Assembly (NCBI RefSeq): GCF_036321535.1
Contig: NC_087437.1
Coordinates: 107,944,001-108,008,000, forward strand
From: Camelus dromedarius
Taxonomy: Eukaryota
Reading direction: 5' to 3'
Length of the DNA: 64,000 bases
The notes beneath the pieces were generated by a model, which made no database searches, had not been told where the DNA came from, and was given only the letters and a program-made list of their open reading frames with translations. Positions within the stretch are counted from its first letter, which is position 1; the number at the start of each line of letters is the position of its first letter. Positions 48,424 to 60,297 of this stretch are shown in pieces. The translations under genes and the position numbers were made by a program.

Positions 48424-50485
48424 AAAGAGCCATAAAACATTGCAGAATTTTCAGACATAAGCGATAGTGGGATTCAATGCTGAGAGAGATCTTGTTGACT
48501 CTTCAAGGGTCTTTCAACTATCTCTTTGATCTCAATGCTGAATTCTCTCATATATGAAATGGGACTCCTTGTTAACTGTTTTGATTTATCAAGGGATACA
48601 TCATGCCAGGAATAACAGCAATTAAATTGTATGTGTTTACACATCTGAGTTTTAATGCTATTTCTTATTTAGGTGAACCTGGTTTTAATAGTTAATATCT
48701 AACAGTCTCTGTTCAGGACTTCTTATTATCAGTAAAAATGTTCATTGATCACTGGGTCCATATTCTGTAATAAGAAATGTACTCTTTTATTGATTATTCA
48801 AACTAAATGTAAATATATATAAATAAGCTTCTGTAGTATGTTTCTGATATTAAATTTCATACCTTTCTCATATAAGAAATGGTACTTCCTATCATCTGGT
48901 GCTGAAAAAAAAAGTCTTAATCTGCTCTTACTCTATAAAAATGATTTAGTATGTATTGTCCAGAAGAATAAACTGCTCAGTTTAGTTTTTTAAATCCCTA
49001 TGACTTATATATGCATTTGATGTTTTTCAGTGTTCTCTTACAATAAAGGCTTTAAATGATGTCATTTGCTTATAAACCCAACATGAGAAACCTAAATATT
49101 GACTCTCAGCATTTTCTTTGCTTTCTTCATTTTGTGGTTGATTCTGACCTACATAGATTCCCTGAAATAAGTCAGGTTTCTTCCAAATAGTTTAGTATTC
49201 CAAGCACTTCATATAGGCTGCACAATACTTGTTCTTTGCTCATTTCCACTGCCAACATGCGTTGTTATAAAAATGAACCACATTTTTTTTGCAAGTAATA
49301 ATATATTTGCTAGAAAGGTTATATTGCAAATTCACCAGGTTCCACAAAGAAAGTGGTATATTTTTATTATCACTATTACTGTTTCTCTAAAGAAATACAT
49401 GTAAGAAATTGTGTACGGGGGGAAAGTTTTTAAATATGAATTGCATATGTAGATAGTTGCAAGTGATATCCAGCAAAAGCTTGGGATAATGTTTCAGTTT
49501 CATTCACCTACATAGTGTGTATATCAAGGTCAATCGTAATGAAAAATAAGTAAAAACTCCCCGCAATGCAGCCACAGCTTCATTTTTCTTGTCCTCTCTG
49601 TAATGGAGGTTCCAAGTTGACACAGATGGTAATAATAAGGAAGCAAGCCCTGAAAGCTGCCAACTGCGTCATCCTGAACTCTTTCAACACACCTCATCTG
49701 AAACGATAACTATAATTCCTGTCCCATGTTGCACTCTGCTGCCCTGCCACACATCTTTTAAAAGTATTAAGGAAACCATTCAGAGAGCATTATTGGAAAA
49801 TAAGAGAGGGCAAATATTCTGGTCAACCAAATAATGAGTTTTAATACTTCCCAGCAGTTACCTAAAATCCCAGCTGAATTCAAAACCTTTAAGAGGTAAA
49901 GGGGAAAAGGGCTTGATGGCAGTGGGGGAAGGGCTGGATGTGAAGACTAGTATGTTCCATTCAGTGTTACCTCCTGCCAATTTATCTGGAATATTTCAGT
50001 ATGTATAGACTCACTATAGCATTCACGAAAGTTCCTGATATTAGAGGTGAAACTCACTTAGAAGCAACATCCTGGTAGAACTCTGTGTAGATTAAGTAAC
50101 CAGGTATTGTACACCAGAGAATGCCTAATTGGCCAAGCAAAATTTCACCCCACTTTATCTCACCTATGGCATGATAAAAACAATAATAAGCAGTAGTAGC
50201 ACTTTAAAGTGAAATCAATAAATAAACTTTTCTGACCTGCTTGCACAATGAAGTACTTACATAAAAAGTTTTGTAAATGCTCTATTTATGTGCGTAAAAT
50301 ATTTTTTGCTATGTACTATAAAAGCTTTCATTTTTGTGCCCTACAACTGAGTCACGTTTACACAACTCCAGTGTTAAAGTGAAAACCTACAGCCTGTCAC
50401 AATAAATTTATGCTATTTCTGTAATTCTTTTTTTTATTTTAAAGTATTAGAAAAAATACAAAATGTAATGACATTTATTATTTAT

Positions 50486-50944
50486 TCCATCAGTCCTGCA
50501 GGAAACAGAATCCAGCTCAGATAGTTCAAACAACTTTACCAGATAAAGGCATGGACAATGGGTATTGAGAAACCCAGAGGTTAGCCACAGTGGGGAGCCA
50601 TTGTCATCCTTAAGCCTGAAGGACAAAGGAAGGTAAAATGAGCTGAGAAGAAGGGAAGGCTTACAGTAGGGGATTGTCTGATGGAAGCTGCAGTCATGGA
50701 TGGTACCAAACACTAACAGGAAATGCTGCCAAACATGGTAGGGAGTGGGGAACAAATATTCCAACCTTCCTTCTTGTCCTGTGATTCCCCAAACAGTGCC
50801 CCCATTGGCTGAACCTAGCAATCTGATGTCAAATGGTAAGAAAGCGGGTACCACAGTCTAAAGAATCAGCTTCCCAGTGCAGAAAGAAAAGCATCGACAG
50901 AAGGTAGATTGGGGTCAGAGAGCAGAATAAGAAAACCCAACACA
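50486..50944 (-). mobile_element. LTR33/LTR41-like ERVL LTR
   Basis: catcagtcctgcaggaaacagaa...cagtggggagccattgtcatccttaagcctgaagg...gtgcccccattggctgaacc...aacccaacaca. Confidence 0.65.
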
Positions 50945-51379
50945 CGCATATTTCTACCACAAAGAATTGACCCGGTTATCTTCTAGTGAGATTCGCTTCC
51001 AGTTGTATTTTTAATTATCATTCTATTATTTTTATGTATATAATGCACATTGATTTCAAAGACTTCAAAAAATGCATAATCATAAAAAATGAAGATATAA
51101 CAATCACTCCAAATCTTTCCATGCTGAAATAAACATTAACTATGAGTGAACTTCATTTCAGATATTCCTCTATGCTTATATACAGATATACAGAAAATGA
51201 AAAAAAAAAAAAAAACAGAAACTTTTTAAGAAAATGGGAACTTATCATTAAAGCATTAAGGTAAATTTATTAAATTAAATTTTATTTTTTAAGAATAAAA
51301 ATATTGAAAATAAAACAAATACAGTATTGCAGTTCAAAACAATGTTGCCTTGCCACAGTGCTATTATATATTAAAACAA

Positions 51380-52060
51380 ACAAATAAACAAACAAAAAAC
51401 CTGGAATTTAAGAAGATATTTTACTCAAAAGATTAAGAGTTATTAAAGAATGGCTTTAGTCACAGGTTTCCAGTCTATGAAATTTATTAACTCCCTGCTA
51501 CAAATGAGGAAAACTTTAGCATGTCACATATTTCAATCCCTCATCTGCCTATATCCCAACCTTTGTAAGACATAATATTATGTTTACACTAACTTATGTT
51601 TAATTTTTATATTATTGTGTTCTTCAAGGATGTTTAGTCTTTTTTTTAAGGGGAATAGATTTTCTTCAGTGATAATTTTTAAGACTTTCTATATTCAAAA
51701 TGTTTATTCCTTATCAGTCATATCTCTGGGTTTTTCATGTTTTCAAATGTCTCCATGCTCTATTTCTACTTGAAAGATATTTTAGCTGGATATAAAATTA
51801 TTGGGTCACACTCCTTTTCCTTTTGAACTTGTAGACATTGCTCCAGTGTCTTTAGGAACAACATACTGGTACAGAGAATGTATGGGTCTTATCTGATTTT
51901 TCTCCTTGTTGGCATTTTCTTTCTCTACACTAGATGCTTGATAAATGTTTTCCTTACCTTGAAGACTAATAGCCTGAATAGTTTATAATTTAGTGTTAAC
52001 TAAGCTGAATTACAACTTCCTCGTACACTGTATGCAGATTAATTTTTCTCAGTCTCTTTC
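51380..52060 (-). mobile_element. Old L1M ORF1-region fragment
   Basis: acttgaaagatattttagctggatataaaattattgggtcac...gacattgctccagtgtctt is antisense L1M text; a related piece lies at about 55950-56850. Confidence 0.65.
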
Positions 52061-52849
52061 TTTTTTCATATAAAGTTAAGAGTTGTCCCACAGGACTAAC
52101 ACTTCAAAAACCAATTGAATGTTTTAAGGAAGTGCATGAACCTGTAAGTGCAAGAAAGTTAAAATGCCAAAATCACACAAAGGACTTACAGAAAACCAAA
52201 CCAAAACAAAACAAAAACAGTATTACAACCAAATAAAATGCTTTTATGTTATGTTCTAGGCCAAAAGGTGATAAGTTACTATATTTACTTGGGTCAGGTA
52301 ATGAAATATTACCTAACAAAAGGACAAAAACACATGTGGCTTCAAAAGCAGAAGTGGGTCACAAAAATAGATTCAGAATGAGTATAAGCCATACAAGATT
52401 AAACATGTTTCCTTTTTAAAGAGTCATTAACTCTTAAAAATATGGACTATACCTTTTTCAGTAACTTTGGTAAGCTACAACATCTCTTATTTTGAGGTCT
52501 AAGATGCAGAGTTCAGACTGAATTATAGTATAATTGGGTAAATTAGTACCCAGTTTAATGATCTTATCTAAAAATTAATTATTAATAAATCTATTTGAAT
52601 CTGAAAGGAAAAATGTTTTTGCAGGAAATGGAAGCTAAGCTATAACTTCCTGTTGGAAGAGACCATGTCTATATTGTTCAGGTGTATCCCATGTGACTGG
52701 TGTAGACCTCAACTCATAATCACTATGTGAAGAGTATTTGTATGATATGTGGGTAATAGTGTCCAAAATGTACAGGAGGATATTCCAAAGGATTCAGCTT
52801 TATATTGTTCAGGATTTCATTTCACTGGCTTAGCTGAAGACCTCATGTA

Positions 52850-53575
52850 CATGTTTATCAAGTGTATGGAGGACCCCCAAATCATAAGGGAAAGCATCCA
52901 AATTGGATGACCAAGTTGGGATGCAACAATGTCTTAGTAGACCAGAGCAATAAAACGATCCTAACAAGAGGAAATTATATTGAAGCATCTGGATCTCCAA
53001 AACCAATTTCAAAGGTACTAGAGAAGGATAATATAAATGAGTAGTGGGGTAGATGAAAAAGACTCAGAAGTTATATCTGACAGCAATTTCAATATAATAT
53101 GAACAATGTGGTCTGACTTTTATGGAAAAAATGAATAGAACCAAACAGAAATTGATGGTCCACTCACCTCTCCTCCTGTGATGTTAGAAATATTAGTTTT
53201 ACATGAAGCACCTCGAAGGATGTATAGGCACCTTGAATCATTTTCAGAAGAAAGAGATCAGGGTGTTGAGTGAAGTCAAATATCTCCAAACATATGAAAA
53301 GGTGTCATGTAAAAAGACATTATATGTGTCCTCTATAGCCTCCAGGGATGCTGTTGATCTAAGACAAAAAGAACTGAAATCATTAACAGAAATTTAAAAA
53401 TTAGAGAGACCTGGAGATGAGAAACATGATATGAACAGCCTTGGCTGGTAGTAAATTTTTCATCCCTGGAAGTGTTCAAAAGAGGCAGAATAAACTTTCA
53501 AAGAGAATTTTAATAAAGTTATCCCCAAATTGAATAAATAATAAATTGTTTTAAAGTCCTTTCTAAATACTAAGT
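52850..53575 (+). mobile_element. CR1/L3 LINE 3' fragment
   Basis: tatctccaaacatatgaaaaggtgtcatg and ggtagtaaatttttcatccctggaagtgttcaaaagaggc resemble the L3 3' region. Confidence 0.6.
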
Positions 53576-53639
53576 TTATATAACTCTACTAATACTTATT
53601 TTTTTTTATTTTCTTGGTTTTTTTTAAGAATTTGGAAAA

Positions 53640-53850
53640 ATAACTTAATTCAGACTAATCCTGTTCCCTCAACTTACTAGTTGTGTGGTACAGATTGAAC
53701 AAATTACTTAAGTTGTTGGAGCTATAGTTTCTTCATCTCTAAAATGGGAATAAAAAGGTTATTGAGAGAATCATATAAATTAATATATGGAAGGTACAGT
53801 GAATGGCACAAGATAAGCATGCATACTCCACAAAAATAAGTATTCAAATT
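53640..53850 (+). mobile_element. MIR SINE
   Basis: acttactagttgtgtg...aaattacttaag...agtttcttcatctctaaaatgggaataa. Confidence 0.8.
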
Positions 53851-54309
53851 TTGAGGAAAACTTTGAAAAATCCAACTCTTGACACTGCTTGCTATCCAAA
53901 CTGTGTCCTCACAAGAGAGGAAAATGTGGTCTTATTTATTTTTAATATTCAAGAAAAAATACATAGCTTGAAGAAGTTTTATGGAAAATATATAATCTTG
54001 AAGTACTCAAAAGTTTAATTGCCAGTATTGTCACATTGCTAAAATGCTTACTTTAGTTGTACTAATTATATGATATTATAATTATCATAATATTTACATA
54101 ATAACATAATTATTTTACTTTGGAATCACCATAGTAGGGAGGAAAAAAGATAATTCCTAATAATGATAAATCCATACAAATTTATAAATGTGGAAATTTG
54201 AAAATTCATTTGAAGGACTTTTAAAACATTTGAATATGTTTAGCCTCTATTTTTTAAACTGTAAGTATTCAGTTATACGCTAGCTATTAAAGTAAGAAAG
54301 ATGTCAAGT

Positions 54310-54877
54310 TGTTAGGTGTCCAGGCGGTCAATTAGGACAATATGTCCAGCTGCAAATAACACATAAGCAATGGGTCAGGCAAGAGGAAAAGAAAAAGAAA
54401 AGTGCCAGCTTCCCTAATGTTCCATGTTTCCCCACAGAAGAACTCCAGAAGAGCCAGATTACAGGCAACATAAGTAGAGGGGGGGGGGTCCTCTCCCTGC
54501 TGACGAGCCCTGAACAAAAGTCTCTGCCATTTTATACACCCTAGGGAGCCAAAAGTAGAAAGAGGGGAAGGGCTAGGGAGTGGAAAAGTACTGAATCAGA
54601 GTGGAGAAAAATGGCTGCATCAAGATGTCCCAATGAGACCCCCAAGAGGAGGCACTTATGTTAGGATCCAGACAGGTTTCTCAGCGTGACTGTCCTGGGA
54701 GTGGGAATGCTGAACCCTTGACTTCCGTTCTCTCCACACAACGCACTGGCTGTGCACTAGCTGTGCACTGGGTCTGTTTGGGGAGGGCAGCTTTCACCGC
54801 GAAGCCTTTGCAATTGCCTATGGTTGGACTAGAAAGATCACACATAGAATTTTCGCCTGGAGCAAAAAATCCTTAGA
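54310..54877 (-). mobile_element. MER74/MER73-like ERVL LTR
   Basis: tgttaggtgtccaggcggtcaattaggac...gcaaataacacataagca and gggagggcagctttc...gcctatggttggactagaaagatcacacatagaattt. Confidence 0.7.
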
Positions 54878-55949
54878 AGATTTTGATATTTTCATAAGCG
54901 AGAATAATAAACAGATGTACACTACCTCTGTGGTGTACATCTGGAAAAACTATTTGTGCAGGGTGACTACACTTTCTGTAAATTCTAGTAGATAAAATGT
55001 GATGACAATCTAGGATACCATAGGTCTAAAATACAGATTTATTTTAGTCTTGAATAGAAAGGAGAATTGGGTACAATATAAACTGCTCTCATCTGTATTT
55101 TTTTTCAAAAAGTTCATCTTATTCAGGTCAACTTTATTAGCTAAGTGAGAAATTTTAGTCTTTTGTTTACAAAACTTTTTACTGCTATGTTGCATGAAAA
55201 TTCAAGGTTTAACTGCAAAGGAGTTAAATTTTAAAGGTCAAAAGTCTTAAACTCAATAGCAAATAAAATCTGATTGAAGAGAATGCTTAACCATCAAAGG
55301 AAATGGCTTGGGACCTTTGTGTCCCGTTGATGACAGTTGACAAAGTAAGCAGTAAAGTCTCTGAATATATGACGATCCTTTAGCTAATGTCCTTGAGGTC
55401 TGAGGACCTCTGGATCCTTCTGGATTTCTCTATTGAATTTTGCACTTCTGACCATCTTTCATCCTTTGAAATTTCTGTTTGCCTGCCTTTGACCTTTATG
55501 TCAAAGATTTCTCACTCTCTCTCATGTTTAATTAACTTTTATTTTTCTCAAAATAAGTACATAATTTTGATTCAAATAGAACTAGAGTTTTGTTTTTCTA
55601 AAAAAAAAAAATTAATACAGCAATATTCTGAGTCACCTCATCTCTTTCCATTTTCAACCATGTTAACTAATTATTTTAATATTTATCTTCACAACTTAAA
55701 CAGCATAAACTTAGCGTTGTCTGTTTACTTCCACTTTGGAAAGTGAGGATTTATCTCTTTCTCAGCCCTCTGCACAACACTCATATTGGAATTTCCCATC
55801 ATTATTATTTTAGCAATTAATATAATGTAAGTTTCATCAGGGTAGGGACCTTTTTTCCTGTTTTGTTCACTCATATATCTAGAGCATCCACAATAGTAAC
55901 TGGAGCAGAGAAAATAATTAATACATAATTTTTGAATTGCTGAGTGAAT

Positions 55950-56850
55950 CCTGTAGACTTCATGCTTTTAGTCCCTGTCTTGTATTAGATCACCATTTTC
56001 ATTGAATCTGTCTTTTCCTTTCATGTTTTGTTCCCTTGTTTGGCAGGGCACAACCTCACAGAGCTTTGCAAGAAAGAATGCAAGAAAGATTTTTGTTTTA
56101 GTTTTATAAATTATGTATATGGAAAAGTTTTCATTCTAAGTTTAAATGTGAACAATTATTTAGCAAAGTAGAGAATTCTAGTTTAGAAATAATTTTCCTT
56201 AGGAATTTTGAAGTTATTGATCTGGTGTCTTTTAATGTCCCCATTTTACTTTCACTTTTGGTGAGAATTGGGCAGGGCATAGTACCATAGAAAGAAAGTA
56301 AATCTTCCTTCACCCCTGTGGTTAGAAGACATTCTTTCACTGTAGTATTCTGGTTCTAATGTTTCTTTTGAAATGCAAGTGACATTGGCTAACCTTGAAT
56401 GTGCTTGTTCTTTCTCTCTGGAAGCTATTAGGCTTTTCTCTTCTTCCCACTTTTCTGAAGCTTCAAAATCTGGCTTAATCTATATCTATTTTCAACTGTT
56501 GTACTGGGTTCTTCATAGACCCTTTTTATCTGGAGCCTTTATCTATTCTTCAATTCTTGGGAATTGTCCTCAGTGGTTTAATGACTGTCTCTCATTACTT
56601 TCTCTATTTTCTCTCTGAAAATCCAGTCATTTGATTATCGAATCTTCTGGATTGATTGATCTCAAAACATTCTAATTCTTCCTCTTTGATAATTTAAATC
56701 TTTCAAGTTTGTACTTCACATAGTGTGAGATTTCCTGAACTTTGTCCTCCAGTCTTTCAACTGAGTGTTTCCTTTGTATCATACATGACATTTCTGAGAG
56801 CTCTTTTGTTGTCTGATGCTTTTAGAATCCTCTTCTCGCATCACGCATGC
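55950..56850 (-). mobile_element. Old L1M ORF1-region fragment
   Basis: agagaattctagtttagaaataattttccttaggaattttgaag and ttctctctggaagctattaggcttttctct are antisense L1M motifs. Confidence 0.6.
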
Positions 56851-57378
56851 ATTATGTTCACTTACCTCTCTGCAGTTGTTAAAGACAGATGAAATGCCAC
56901 AGCCTTGGAGAAGCCTTGCACAACTACTTCAGGCAGCTTTGTTGCTTTGTCTGATGTGTTTCCGAAGATGTGAGATTGTATCTCTCCATCATGTTTATAT
57001 ACTATAGTAGGTTTTTTTCCTACTATTTAACATTATCATTTACTGTTTTCCAAACTGGAAATCTTGGCAGCATTTACATTGTATTTATATTAGTGTCCTT
57101 CAGTAAATAGTTCAAAGTCATATGTTTCCTTAAAATATTTTTTGAAATAAGGCATGAAAAAAATCAAAACATCATACGTGCTTGCTTTTACCTTGTTGAT
57201 AATTCTATCTGTAGAGTTCAGCCATGTGCATATTATACTGGATATGCTCAGGATTTTTCTCACAAATAAATTAATGAAATTTGAAAAGGATTTTTTTTAC
57301 AAGGCATCTCAGCATCTAAATTTTTAAGTATGTGTTTTGTACACAGGGAGTAGTAACTCACCTACCTATTTGTAATAA

Positions 57379-57990
57379 TGTGGGTTCGTCACCAGTTGTG
57401 GGTTCTGGCCAGCAGAAGTCCCACTGAGATGGAATGAATTACTCAAGACACTGTGGAAAAGTCAAGAGAGCGAGAGGGAGTCGGGAGCCAACTCCACGAG
57501 CATCTCAAATCTCCCATATTTATTGAGTACAGTCAAAGGAGGAATGCAGGAATTTAGGGAAGGACAGGGTGGGATCACAATGAGTACAAAGGCTTTGTTT
57601 ATTGTTGGTGTTTGGCTCAAGGTCAGAAGACCCTTTTTGGTGAATCAAGTTCGTGTTGAGCCTTTCAGTTTATCAGGGTGGAATGGATGAAAATCAGCTG
57701 CTTAACAACTTGGACTCAGGAGGCTGTGCCTATCTTAGGTTGCCCCCCTCAGGGGATCTTACCCGTCACTGGCTAACCGGCCTTCTCACCTCTGAGTCTG
57801 CAGCTTTCTATAAGTTGTTTACCATTCCAGCCCAAGGCTGTTTTGGGGATAGAAGATTAACAGCAGGCACGCCCAGCCAGGGGCCTGGGTCATTGCTAAA
57901 ACCTCAAGGCAGTTACTAAGCACATCTTCTTTAAGGAGATAAGCAGCTGGGATCTGTTACAATTTGTTAACCCAATCATGGGCTCCCACA
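57379..57990 (-). mobile_element. Betaretrovirus/ERVK-type solo LTR, 612 bp
   Basis: TGTGGG...CCCACA terminal inverted repeat; perfect 6-bp TSD TAATAA at 57373-57378 and 57991-57996; AATAAA on the minus strand at 57519-57524. Confidence 0.9.
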
Positions 57991-58551
57991 TAATAATATT
58001 CCTCTTATATCTTTCCTGAACTGTAGAGAAGTAGGTTAAAAAATTTAAAAAAGTTTCTTGTGAATTAAATCATCTAATTACATAGCTCATCATAAGTCCA
58101 TACAATGTGAGTTTAAGAAATAAACAATCCATGGGGACTGAGAGTCTGTTTATTCACGTGTGAATACACTTATTAGCTCTAATGGCATCTGCTTATGTTA
58201 TTTTGTGTAGACCCAGAGTCTAGAGTAGCTAATTAGTGGATGCAGACAAAACTAAAAGGGTAATATAATAAAAAATTACAATGACAAAAAATCCCCTTCT
58301 CTTACTTTAAACTGCAGATTGTACAAATTATTTCTTTCATAAATACTATTTGGTACCCATCACTATTGACAGATAAACTTTATACTGATTATATAACTCT
58401 TTGCTTAGAAAACAATAATGTTTACACTCTTGGGAGAGTAATACACTAATGATTGTCCATTATAATGATAGCCTCAGTATTTTCCCTCAGAAATTCTATG
58501 CCTTCATCAAACCCATCTGCTTCTCTGAGAAATTAGCATCTTTTGACAGCC

Positions 58552-59697
58552 TGTATTAGGGAGAATGATAGCCCCTTCAAAGATATTCATGCCTTAAACT
58601 ACCAGAATCTGTGAATATATCACTTTACATGAAATGGTACTTTGCTGATATAATTAAGTTCTTGAAATGGGAAGGTTATCCTGGATTATTTTAGTGGGCA
58701 CAATCTAATGACATTGTAGGAGAAAGAAAAAAAAAATGCCTCTATTCTACTAAATTCTAAGCTGTAAACCCTGCAAGCAAAAGACAGATTAACAAGGAGA
58801 AAAACAAATAGAAGTTTATTTGCATGAATACCTCATGTATCCATGGGAGATACTCAGGGAAAAATAAAGAACTCTCAGGAGTGGCTTAGAATTCAGGTTT
58901 AAATATTGTTTCAGCAAAAGACAAAAGAGAAAAGGGTGTGAAGGCTGCCAGTTAAGGGACATGATCAAGAAATTACCATAAACAAGAGTAAGGTTTGTTA
59001 CACTTTTTAAACCAGCGACTTCTCTGTCCATAAGGTTGATCAGATTCGCGTGAGTTAGTCATCCTTCTCTTCCTAGTATAGAGAGAGAAACACTCTGACA
59101 GATGGAGATTTCCTTTATGAATGCAAACTTACCTTACAGAAGGGTAACTTCTACCCCATTTTCAGAGGTTCTCCTTTACTACTTCTGAAAATATTCAGTG
59201 CAAAATAATCCTCATGCTAAGAGGCATAGTTTGGAATGGCCTATTCTGTCACCCTTTGACATGATCCCTAAAAAGCAGGGATTCTTTTCTGGCTGGTTTG
59301 GAAGAGATGAGACGGGGGTAAAAAATAGAGAAAAGCTTTGAAGAATGAGAATGCTAAGACATGATGTTGCTGATTGGAAGATGGAGAGAAGGGACCAGCA
59401 GCTGAAGATTCTAGGTGGCTTCTAGAAGCTGGAAATGGCCCTCACCTAAGAGCTAGCAGGGACATGGGAAACCCAGTCCTACAAGATTAGTAAGGAATTG
59501 AATTCTGCCAATAATCTGAATGAGGAAACAGATGAAGAAAACAGATCCTCTTTTAGAGTCTCCAGAGCGGAATGCGGCCTGCCAATACTTTGACCTTAGC
59601 CCAGGGAAAACCGTGTTCACCTTCTGATAATAATTTTGTGCTATTCAGGTCATTAGATCTGTGGTAATTGGTAGCACAGTGATGGAAAACTAATATG
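58552..59697 (+). mobile_element. MLT1D/E-type MaLR LTR split by a nested LTR
   Basis: cagaatctgtgaatatatcactttacatg...ggttatcctggattatt (5' part); ctagaagctggaaatggccctc...gaattctgccaataatctgaatgag...gatggaaaactaatat (3' part). Confidence 0.87.
58715..59258 (-). mobile_element. MER34-family ERV1 solo LTR nested in MLT1
   Basis: caaaagacagattaacaaggagaaaaac and caaaataatcctcatgctaagaggcatagtttggaatggcctattctg; perfect 4-bp TSD ACAT at 58711-58714 and 59259-59262. Confidence 0.87.
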
Positions 59698-59837
59698 ATA
59701 TCATAACAACTTCTCTTTCTCTGAATTCATTTTAGACTTGCTAAGATTCCTAGTACTTTTATCAATGAGACTTTGCATACTAAATTATAAGAAGACTGTG
59801 AATTTTTAAAAGTGATCCCAAGTCTTTTTCATTCTAC

Positions 59838-60297
59838 TGTCAAGCAAAACAAAACAAAACAAAACAAAACCACACAAAGCAAAACAAAAGACACAGAAGT
59901 CTGCAAATAAAAAAAAAAAAAAAAAAAAGAGTTGATTTGGGGTCTTAAAAATTGCAATTTGGGGACATAGCTTCTGGTAAAACCCAAAGATTGTTCCAAG
60001 GAAGAGAGTCTGGGGCTTATAAATGCAAAAGCTGTACTCTGACACAAGAAAGGAAATACTTGTCCTTATGAGGTGGTTGTCAGTAGTCATTTTAGCGTAA
60101 GGATCTGAGAAGCATCTTGAGTTTCTGGCAGATGTTCTTGGATGTCTTTGTCGGGACAATAAGTGGTCAGAAAATCATATTCCATTCAGGCTGAGGAGCA
60201 GCATGTAAGTCATGCTTCCTCAGTGGTCTCCAGACTCTACTTTAGAGAGTTCTCACAGCGATACCGACTCTATTTTGATTTTCCTCCTCCCACAACA
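59838..60297 (-). mobile_element. Probable ERV1-type solo LTR
   Basis: TG...CA termini; minus-strand start tgttgtgggaggaggaaaatcaaaatagagtc; TATA-like atttataagccc; (CAAAA)n and A-run expansion at the U5 end; TSD poor (ctac/cttt). Confidence 0.6.
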
